Shown here: one piece after another, positions 29,298-37,110 of the stretch
Numbering within the stretch: the first letter of the stretch is position 1
Layout: the number at the start of each line of letters is the position of its first letter
Assembly: GCA_963735215.1 (NCBI GenBank)
Contig: CAVTKF010000015.1
Coordinates: 572,294 to 636,293, forward strand
DNA length: 64,000 nt
Source of the DNA: an uncultured Acidobacteriaceae bacterium
GTDB lineage: Bacteria > Acidobacteriota > Terriglobia > Terriglobales > Acidobacteriaceae
Direction: 5' to 3'
Program-made: the position numbers and the translations under genes
Notes under the pieces: model-generated
The model's input: only the letters and a program-made list of their open reading frames with translations
What the model was told of the DNA's origin: nothing
The model's database searches: none

Positions 29298-30938
29298 TCA
29301 GTGCCCCGCAACAGGCCGATCAGTAGCATATAGGGTCACATGATAAATCCGCATCCGGTGCGGATCCATCGAAAGCTGCCGGCCCTGATTGCTCTGATCT
29401 CCGTTGAGACGGCGCAGCGTGGTCCAGGCGCCGTCCGCGCCCCGGCTAACTTCCTCGATCGATGCAATGCCACTCAGTTTGTTGTCGGTGTCGGGGTCTC
29501 GAAAGAATGAAATCGTCAAGCCGCTGCCGGCGATGTAGAACTCGTTCGGCCTCGATTGAATCGCGATCATCGCGCCGTCATCCGTCGCAAGCGTCCGTGC
29601 CGGCCATGACCGAGATAGCCCGGCTTCGAACAAATACCCGCCGAGCGCTATGGTCCGCATAGGTCTTGGACTGTCCTTGTGAAGCACGAGCGCTCGAATA
29701 TCTCCAGAAGCCTGACTGGCTAGCAGGATGTCGCTCAGTTGGCTCAGAACATCGTAGACTTCCGCAATGTTGGGTGCCGTGGACTCCGCGTTTGTCGACT
29801 GCTGCACACCCTCAATCGCAAATGGAGAAAAACCGAAGGCCTTAGCCTCTCCATAGGCATAGAGCGCATTGTATGGAGCGTTGTCCATTCGCGCCTCGGG
29901 AACGAAGATAGCATTGCCACCGAATCGGTAGCGGTCAATCCAATAATCAAAATTGGGCCAGTAAATATCGGGCGAGTAGAAGTCTATCGCGGGCGCGGTA
30001 ACTCGATAGACCTCAAGATAATATGGATGCGGTCCACCGCTCGGATACTCGCCGGCCCGCTCGCCTGGCGCAGGAAGCTGGCAGTTCACATACATCGGCA
30101 ACGGGTACTCGCGCTTGCCTGCCTCGGCAACGGCCTGAATATATCGCGCGTAATTCCAGGCCATGAATACTTCGTCCGAAGCATCTCCAAAGACATCGCG
30201 CCATGTCTTCCCAGCCGGCTTGAAGTGCGAACGCAGTTCCGGAGAGAGAGCGTCACGATTTTTTTGAAGATCCTGGATCAGCTGCACTGGAACCGCTCCC
30301 TCGAATAACCGATTCGCAGCTGTGGACCGGTCGCGGCCACGCCCAAGATAGCCGACCTCATTCTCCACTTGCACCATGAGCACGGTCTGATCATTTCCGT
30401 CCTTGTCCTTGAGATGCTTCATCAGTGCTGAAAATGCGGCGCTGTCAGCATGGAGCGATTCGGTCCCCAGGGTGGAAAGAATTTCAAGCTGTTCGCCATC
30501 CGCAGATTCAGCTCTAGGAAAGCGCCTTGGATCCTGCTTGACCCAGGCGGGGACGTAACTTGAAACGCCATTCTTCCAACTGCCGAACCACAGAAGCACG
30601 AGGTGCAGATGCTGCTCGCGCGCGACGTCAATCCAATGATCGAGAACGCCGAAATCGAAAGTGCCCTCGGCGGGTTCGATCTGTTCCCACGCCACCGGCA
30701 TTAACACCGTGTTCACGTGGAGTGAGGCGAGTCGAGAGAGGATGCTGTCTGCCTGCGCCGCGGTGCCTGCAGAGGAATTGCCCAATTCACCACCTAAAAT
30801 CAGGTATGGCTTGCCGCCGACGATCAGTTGCCCGCTGTCGCCGGATCTCAAAATCTTTGGCGGCTCAGCTGCATTCGAAATAAGTGCGCCAGAAAGACAT
30901 CCGGCGAACAGGAAAACGAGCAGTCCTTTGGGCGTCAA
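29298..30938 (-). CDS. secreted GH35-like beta-galactosidase family protein (TIM barrel plus DUF5597-type C-terminal domain)
   Basis: Signal peptide 'MTPKGLLVFLFAGCLSGALISNA'. 'GKPYLILGGELGNSS...HVNTVLMPVAWEQIEPAEGTFDF', 'LVLLWFGSWKNG', and the acid/base-type 'MVQVENEVG'. Confidence 0.75.
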   Translation of the reverse strand: MTPKGLLVFLFAGCLSGALISNAAEPPKILRSGDSGQLIVGGKPYLILGGELGNSSAGTAAQADSILSRLASLHVNTVLMPVAWEQIEPAEGTFDFGVLDHWIDVAREQHLHLVLLWFGSWKNGVSSYVPAWVKQDPRRFPRAESADGEQLEILSTLGTESLHADSAAFSALMKHLKDKDGNDQTVLMVQVENEVGYLGRGRDRSTAANRLFEGAVPVQLIQDLQKNRDALSPELRSHFKPAGKTWRDVFGDASDEVFMAWNYARYIQAVAEAGKREYPLPMYVNCQLPAPGERAGEYPSGGPHPYYLEVYRVTAPAIDFYSPDIYWPNFDYWIDRYRFGGNAIFVPEARMDNAPYNALYAYGEAKAFGFSPFAIEGVQQSTNAESTAPNIAEVYDVLSQLSDILLASQASGDIRALVLHKDSPRPMRTIALGGYLFEAGLSRSWPARTLATDDGAMIAIQSRPNEFYIAGSGLTISFFRDPDTDNKLSGIASIEEVSRGADGAWTTLRRLNGDQSNQGRQLSMDPHRMRIYHVTLYATDRPVAGH

Positions 30939-30956
30939 GTTTGCGCCTCCTGTCTA

Positions 30957-32220
30957 TCAGTTTGCCCGGTCAAACAGGCTCAGAGGAATCGCATCGCCCA
31001 TCGCCTTGTATCCCGCGGGTGAAGGATGCAGGTGGTCGCCGCTGTCAAATGCCGGCAGAAGCTGGTCGGGGTGCTGCGGATCGCGGACAACGCTGTCAAA
31101 ATCAATGACCGCATCGAAGTTTCCGGCAGTGCGAATCCAGCGGTTCACTGCCAGCCTGTCGGCCTCGCTGAGTGGTCCGGGGTGATAGTAACCGGACCCA
31201 ACGTAAGGCGTGATTGTGGCGCCTATTACGTGCAGCCCGTGAGCATGCGCGCGGTCGATGATCTGCTGATACGCCGCTAGCACTCTTTCAATGAGCGCCG
31301 CGTGCTGCGTCGCGGGCACCTCGCCGTCGCGCGCTAATCCACCCAAATCGTTCACGCCTTCGAAAACGATGACCCACCGCACGCCTGCCGGAGCGAGCAC
31401 GTCGCGATCAAAGCGCGCTAGCGCATTCGGCCCCAGGCCATCGCTGAGCAAGTGATTTCCGCCGATACCCTGGTTGGATACTCCCATGTTGCGCGTTGCC
31501 GGAGAGGATTGCAGTCTGCCGGCAAGCATGTCCGTCCATCGATCGTTCCCATTCGTCGTCGCGCCGTGCCCGTCGGTGATGGAATCGCCAAGCGCAACAA
31601 CGGCGGCAGAACCGGGCGCAGCCTGCACATCAATCTCCGAGACCTGGTACCAGTGGTCCACATGCTTCGGCTCGGTCAAATGTCGGCGCGGCCACCAGGT
31701 CTCCATGGACGTAATAAGACGTTGCCCGCGAGCCCGGATGGCCCGTCTCCCTTGAGGGTGGCGACTGCAAATGGAAGGTCACCGCCAGGTCAGAGAGTGG
31801 CGCGACGTTGTAATTCACTGGATCGGAGATGAGCTCAGCGCCTGGCGGAATCACGGCTTCGGCACTTCCAGCAAATGCCAGTGGTCGATCGCTTGCGGGG
31901 TCAATTGATGGCGAAGCGGGCGAAACTGGCCGGGCGATGTGCGCGGACGTTACATGAAGCGCTTCGGTTCCGAAAGCATTCGAGAGATGCACACGCAGCG
32001 CCGGTCCGCCTACCGATAAATGAAAAACCTGCCGCACCGTCGCATCGGTGAGATCGTCTGGCGGCAACGCGTTTTGTGGTTCCGGTATCTGCTGCGATGC
32101 TCCCCAACTCGCCACCCAGACCGAAGGAGTTGACGCAGGTTGAGACTGCGACCAGGCTACAACGCAATTCAGAAAGACGAACAGGGCGACGAACGCAAAG
32201 AAATCTCGTGCTTGCTTCAT
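30957..32220 (-). pseudogene. secreted SGNH/GDSL hydrolase (carbohydrate esterase-like), interrupted by one frameshift
   Basis: ORF 31630..32409 supplies the signal peptide 'MKQARDFFAFVALFVFLNCVVAWSQ' (ATG at 32220) and the N-terminal domain. ORF 30957..31706 supplies the SGNH blocks 'VVALGDSITDGHG', 'GIGGNHLL', 'VIVFEGVNDLG', 'SGDHLHPSPAGY'. The two frames overlap at 31630..31706 and join sensibly around '...VAAPTFD / KHVDHWYQVSEIDV...'. Confidence 0.75.
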
Positions 32221-32296
32221 GGCGGAAGGTTTAATATGGCCCCCAACTAAATCGCTTTGCGAAAACGACCAAAGCATAACATCCTGGAGCTTTTCC

Positions 32297-33838
32297 GTGA
32301 TCGTCTTCAAGCAAAACCTTGCGCTTATTTGTCTTCTTTCGATAATTTGCGGGATCACCGGTAGCGTAGCACTCGCGCAGGCTCCTGATCCACCACCGGT
32401 CACCTTCACTGCCGACCAGGATCATCAGAACATGATGGATCAACTGGGGATCAAGGCTCTACGCCCGGGGCCAAGCGGCAACGAGAACGCGCCGAATCAT
32501 GCCAACTACGACGAGTCGAAAGCCAATCCCTACCCCAATGTTCCTGACCCGCTCACTATGAACGACGGGCAGAAGGTGACGACGGCGGAGATGTGGTGGA
32601 ACCAGCGTCGTCCCGAAATTGTGGAGATGTACTCGAAGTATGTCTACGGTCGCGTCCCGAGCAACGTCCCGAAGGTGAGTTGGAAGGTCAATACAGTGGA
32701 TCACGAGATGATTGGCTTCACGCCCGTCATCGCCAAAGACGTCGAGGGCGTCGTAGACAGCTCATCGTATCCGGCGATCGGCGTCCACATCCACATGATG
32801 GTGGTATTGCCTGTTCGCGCCAAGGTCCCGGTTCCCGTGCTGATGATGTTTGGCCGCTCCGCATTTCCGAATCCCAACGAACCCTCCGGCGCTGATCTGG
32901 ACAAGATCAACAAGGCCTGGGAGTCCGTGCTTGTCCAGCAGGACCCCTCGCTCAAGGAGGTCTTCGAACAGCATCCCGCGTGGCAAATGGTTAAGGCTAC
33001 GCCATTCCAGTTCCCGCAGTTGAATGAGGATGGAGGTCTGCCCAACACCTGGCAACTGATTGCAGCAGGTTGGGGATTCGTTTTAATCGATCCGGCGAGC
33101 GTGCAGGCCGATGACGGTGCCGGGCTCACTCGGGGAATTATCGGCCTGGTTAACAAGGGGCAGCCGCGCAAGCCCGAGGACTGGGGCGCGCTTCGAGCGT
33201 GGGCGTGGGGTGCGGGACGCGGCCTGGACTACCTTGAGACTGACCCCGCCGTCGACGCAAAGCATGTTGGCATCGAAGGGGTTTCGCGCTATGGCAAGGC
33301 TGCGTTGGTGACCATGGCGTTCGATCAGCGGTTCGCGATGGTACTGGTCGGGTCCTCGGGCAAGGGTGGCGCAACGCTGTTGCGGCGCAACTTCGGTGAA
33401 GCCGTGGAGAGCCTGACCGGAGGCGAACATCATTGGATGGCCGGAAATTTCTTGAAATATGGAGCTTCCGAGGCGGCTTTTGGAAGCATGACACCTGGGG
33501 ATATTCCGGTCGATTCGAACGAACTGATTGCGCTGTGTGCACCGCGGCTCACTTTCATCAGCTACGGAATTCCGGCAAAGGGCGATGCGAAGTGGCTCGA
33601 TCACGAAGGAAGCTTTATGGCCACTGTGGATGCAAGCCGTGTGTTCGCTCTGCTCGGCGCCAAGGGTCTTGCAGTCGAGGGCGATTACCGGGCGGCGCAA
33701 ATGCCGCCGGTAAACACCGGGCTCCTCGACGGACAGCTCGCCTGGCGACAGCACGATGGAGGCCACACAGATGCGCCAAACGTGAAGTACTTTATCGAAT
33801 GGGCCGACAAGTTTATCGGACATGCTCCGCCGCAGTAG
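32297..33838 (+). CDS. CE15-type glucuronoyl (4-O-methyl-glucuronoyl methyl-) esterase-like protein
   Basis: 'IEGVSRYGKAALVTMAFDQRFAMVLVGSSGKGG' matches the CE15 G-C/V-S-R-x-G-K nucleophile motif. Signal peptide 'IVFKQNLALICLLSIICGITGSVALAQA' follows an in-frame GTG at 32297; the listed ORF start 32219 is an upstream extension. Divergent from the SGNH gene. Confidence 0.75.
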   Translation: MIVFKQNLALICLLSIICGITGSVALAQAPDPPPVTFTADQDHQNMMDQLGIKALRPGPSGNENAPNHANYDESKANPYPNVPDPLTMNDGQKVTTAEMWWNQRRPEIVEMYSKYVYGRVPSNVPKVSWKVNTVDHEMIGFTPVIAKDVEGVVDSSSYPAIGVHIHMMVVLPVRAKVPVPVLMMFGRSAFPNPNEPSGADLDKINKAWESVLVQQDPSLKEVFEQHPAWQMVKATPFQFPQLNEDGGLPNTWQLIAAGWGFVLIDPASVQADDGAGLTRGIIGLVNKGQPRKPEDWGALRAWAWGAGRGLDYLETDPAVDAKHVGIEGVSRYGKAALVTMAFDQRFAMVLVGSSGKGGATLLRRNFGEAVESLTGGEHHWMAGNFLKYGASEAAFGSMTPGDIPVDSNELIALCAPRLTFISYGIPAKGDAKWLDHEGSFMATVDASRVFALLGAKGLAVEGDYRAAQMPPVNTGLLDGQLAWRQHDGGHTDAPNVKYFIEWADKFIGHAPPQ

Positions 33839-33879
33839 CTGAAAGGCAGATGCATCGTGGAGGACCTCCTGCTGCAGCG

Positions 33880-35451
33880 CTACTGCGGCTGTACTTCGAT
33901 GCCGACGACTGTCGCGTATCCTTCTACGGGCTCAAATCTGACGAGCAGTTTTCCCTGTGCATTCGGCTCAAGTCCGGCGAATTTGCGGGTTATGCCATCC
34001 GTCGCATGCGCTTCTTTTGTCAGGTCGAAGTCTTGCAATAACACCTTGCCATTGCAATACACGTTGAAGACGTGCTGGATTTCTGCGCCTTTGCTCTCAG
34101 AATTCAACAGCTCCGCGGGATCACTTTGGCGCGCCGCAAAGTACAGCGTCAACAAATACCGCCCCGGCGCCACCGGAATTGCGTAGGAAAAATTGCCCCA
34201 CCGCTCCGATTCAAATAACTCAGGATCATCGGTACCAGTAACCTCCGTTGAGTAAGAAGCGAGTTGGCCGCCTTCGAAATAGTTGTCGGGACTCCACCAA
34301 TGGCTGTCGTTGGAGTAGTAGGGCGTTTGCCGCGCGAGGATCCGCACCGGACGCATGCGGTCTCGCAGGCCAGGCAGGATTTCAATTGCCGAAAGCGTCG
34401 CTTGCTTTCCATCTTCGCCGGCGAACTCGAGATGAAGCACACCATCCGCCGCGGGAGTGATCTCCGGGAAGACTTTGATATCGGCGGTCAGGCTGGCGCC
34501 GGCGTCTGCCACCACGTCGAATCCGTTGAGCAGCGTTTTGCCATTCGCACGAACCGTCATGATCCGGCTGCCTTCTCCGCCGGATCCTCCAGACTCCGGA
34601 CCGAATACTGTTTCGGCGAAGTGCAGGCGCAGTTCGTATGTTCCTTTCGGCAAGGGAATATCGTAGCGGAACTGCCCCTGGCGATTCGTTCGATAAAAGG
34701 CGGAATCCTGGGTGCGCGCAATGCGCGAAACGGGGCTCTTTAATGCTGTCCCGCCCGTGAAAGCGTAATCCGCGCTCCACAGTTTGCCTGCGTGGTCCAC
34801 CAGGCTTCGGCTGCTGCCGGCGAGAATCCGAACCTCCTGCCCTGTAGGCGGTCCGATAAGGGAATCGGCGCGCTCACCACCCTGGGATGCAGTTGCCACG
34901 CTCGTGGTGGCAGAGGGTTTTTGCATTCTGCTTCGTAACCACGGATAGGCGATTCCGAGGCTTAGAAGCAGCAGGCCAATGATGCCGGCAACCCACCACT
35001 GAGGTTTGACAAAGGGCCGCTTCTGATGGGCCGCTATTTCGACCGAGGCATCGGGATGTGCATCTGGAGCCTCAGGCAGCGAATCTGCGGTGGGTGAGCG
35101 CTCGTCGACTTCGAACCTCGGTACGTATTGTCCGACGGGTATGGTGATACGCACATGGTGCGATGCGCCCGCCCCTGCGTAATACTCGGCCAGCCGCTTG
35201 CGCAGCCGGTTGGCCTCGACTCTTACGATGGAATCGGAATCCTGATCAAAAGATTCCCGCCGCTGAAAAACCTCCAGAGCGATCGAATATTCCTTGATCT
35301 GATTCGCTTCCCCGGCAAAGTACTTTTCGCAGAGATACGACAACAGATGGGCGAGCTTCGGGGCGCGAACGAACTCCTTCGCTTCGAGCAGAGCGGCAAG
35401 CTCCGCGCGTTGCAGTTCTCGTTCAACCGATTCCATGCTTCCTATCGTCAT
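33880..35451 (-). CDS. membrane-spanning protein: cytoplasmic winged-helix-like module, one TM, two extracytoplasmic malectin domains
   Basis: N-terminal 'KEYSIALEVFQRRESFDQDSDSIVRVEANRLRKRLAEYYAGAGASHHVRITIPVGQYVPRF'. This motif recurs at N-termini of bacterial signalling proteins. TM 'WWVAGIIGLLLLSLGIAYPWL'. Two malectin-like units ('...FYRTNRQGQFRYDIPLPKGTYELRLHFAE...NGFDVVADAG' and '...LFESERWGNFSYAIPVAPGRYLLTLYFAA...QDFDLTKEA'). Confidence 0.7.
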   Translation of the reverse strand: MTIGSMESVERELQRAELAALLEAKEFVRAPKLAHLLSYLCEKYFAGEANQIKEYSIALEVFQRRESFDQDSDSIVRVEANRLRKRLAEYYAGAGASHHVRITIPVGQYVPRFEVDERSPTADSLPEAPDAHPDASVEIAAHQKRPFVKPQWWVAGIIGLLLLSLGIAYPWLRSRMQKPSATTSVATASQGGERADSLIGPPTGQEVRILAGSSRSLVDHAGKLWSADYAFTGGTALKSPVSRIARTQDSAFYRTNRQGQFRYDIPLPKGTYELRLHFAETVFGPESGGSGGEGSRIMTVRANGKTLLNGFDVVADAGASLTADIKVFPEITPAADGVLHLEFAGEDGKQATLSAIEILPGLRDRMRPVRILARQTPYYSNDSHWWSPDNYFEGGQLASYSTEVTGTDDPELFESERWGNFSYAIPVAPGRYLLTLYFAARQSDPAELLNSESKGAEIQHVFNVYCNGKVLLQDFDLTKEAHATDGITRKFAGLEPNAQGKLLVRFEPVEGYATVVGIEVQPQ

Positions 35452-35822
35452 TTTGCGACGCTTTCAACCGCAGCTTCCCACTATAGAGATTCGGATGCAC
35501 AGCCATATTAGTTCCACATTATTGTTGCTGGGCGGATTTAACGGTGTAGGTAGCGGTCTGTCGCCCGATGTAACGGTACGAACCTCGCCCACAAACCTTG
35601 AATACCCGACCACGGGGGTCGGCAATGGTTCGCTGTAAGTAGCTGGGGAATTAGGTACCTGCGGCAATCTCGAGAACTTGTAACGGCGATGCAACGGGTA
35701 AGTAGCAGGTATAGCGTTGTTGCACCGCAGCGCTGGTCGTTTACTTGAATCGACGTTGAGCAGATCGCCAGGCACACCATCAGTCGAAGCAAGCGAGATG
35801 CTCCCGTGGAGGAGGTAAGACC

Positions 35823-36572
35823 ATGAGAACTTTCACGATGAAGCTGATTGCAACCGGCCTTGTTTTGTGCGCGGCGCCTTTTCTGAGGGCAGATTCTTCC
35901 TCGCTTGACCTTCCCAAGACTGACGAAGTTGCGAAGTCCGCAGAGATGAAGGGAGATCTGGAGCGCATCCACAACAATTACCTGCTGGCAGTCGACTATT
36001 ACCGTCAGGCTTTACGAGCCAATCCGCGGAATGCAACCCTTCTGAACAAGCTGGGGATCTCCGAACTGAAACTGGGTGATCGGGGACCGGCACGCAAGTA
36101 TTTCAACCAGGCGTTGAAGGCCGATCCGAAGAACATTTCCGCCCTGAACAACCTGGGCGCCGTCGCTTACCTGGATAAGAAATACAAGCCCGCGGTCAAA
36201 TATCTGAAGCAGGCGCTCGAACTTGACGAATCCAGTGCGCCTTCTCATTTAAATCTTGCCGAAGCCTGGATGGGTCTGAATCAAGTGGATCGCGCCATGA
36301 CGGAATATGCCCGGGCAATCGAATTGGATGCCGACATCTTGAGCGAAAGCCAATCCGGCATTTCCGCCCGTGTGAGCACTCCGGAACAGCGTGCGCGCGT
36401 TGACTACCTGATCGCTAAGGCCTATGCGAGACGTGGCAATCTCGACGGTGCGTTGGAATACCTGAAACGCGCCAAGGAGGGGAACTTTGCCGAAATGTCC
36501 AGAGTGTACAAGGATCTGGATTTTGCCATGCTTTGGACCGACCCGAGGCTAGAGAAGATCGCCAAGCGGTGA
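35823..36572 (+). CDS. secreted TPR-repeat protein
   Basis: Signal peptide 'MRTFTMKLIATGLVLCAAPFLRA'. At least four TPR units ('YYRQALRANPRNATLLNKLG', 'KYFNQALKADPKNISALNNLG', 'KYLKQALELDESSAPSHLNLA', 'EYARAIELD'). RBS GGAGGAGG upstream. Confidence 0.8.
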   Translation: MRTFTMKLIATGLVLCAAPFLRADSSSLDLPKTDEVAKSAEMKGDLERIHNNYLLAVDYYRQALRANPRNATLLNKLGISELKLGDRGPARKYFNQALKADPKNISALNNLGAVAYLDKKYKPAVKYLKQALELDESSAPSHLNLAEAWMGLNQVDRAMTEYARAIELDADILSESQSGISARVSTPEQRARVDYLIAKAYARRGNLDGALEYLKRAKEGNFAEMSRVYKDLDFAMLWTDPRLEKIAKR

Positions 36573-36594
36573 TGAACCAGTTGCGGATTGTCAG

Positions 36595-36634
36595 GTTGCG
36601 CCTCGCGTTTCACCGCGAGGCGCAACATTTTTTT
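36595..36634 (+). terminator. rho-independent terminator
   Basis: 13-bp perfect stem GTTGCGCCTCGCG / CGCGAGGCGCAAC with loop TTTCAC, followed by A-TTTTTTT. Lies 22 nt after the TPR gene stop. Confidence 0.8.
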
Positions 36635-37110
36635 GCGCGGACCACTTTATGGTCGTAGAGGGTAGTGGGCGCTCGGATCTGCATCATGAACGTTCACCCA
36701 AACCCGAGGCAGTCGGAGTTTGAAAGACAAGTCCAAAGGCGCCGACGGGATTGATTCCAGCTTCTCTGACTCGGGCAACACGTGCTCCATCCGCCAGAAG
36801 GGTTACTTTCGTCAGGACTCACTATGCCCCATTGAGCCGGAGGGTATCTGGTGCGTTTCGCTGAAATCTGTTCCTCTTTCAATACCGCTAAGGCTTGATG
36901 CAGAGGGAAGTAGCTCCTTCTACGGAGAGCCCTGGCTGTAACAGATTTTCATCGGCTATCCACATCCTCTGACGCTGAAGGGATAGTGCACCTAAGCAAC
37001 TGGGTCAACCCCAGGCTTACTTGCGCAGAAATCTCACAAGGCTATTTTTCGGCCGGCTCCCCACAGAGGTTCTGGAGTGAATTGCTTCTCCCCGCGAACC
37101 AGGAGCCTAA

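Noticed and set aside
33083-33823. 246-aa minus-strand ORF
   Set aside because: It is antisense to the CE15 esterase gene and has no motifs.
36640-37110. Possible riboswitch or leader upstream of the DUF1800 gene, including small ORF 36720..36941
   Set aside because: I compared it by eye with cobalamin, TPP and SAM core motifs and found no match. The 73-aa ORF has implausible composition. Nothing here can be supported without an Rfam scan.
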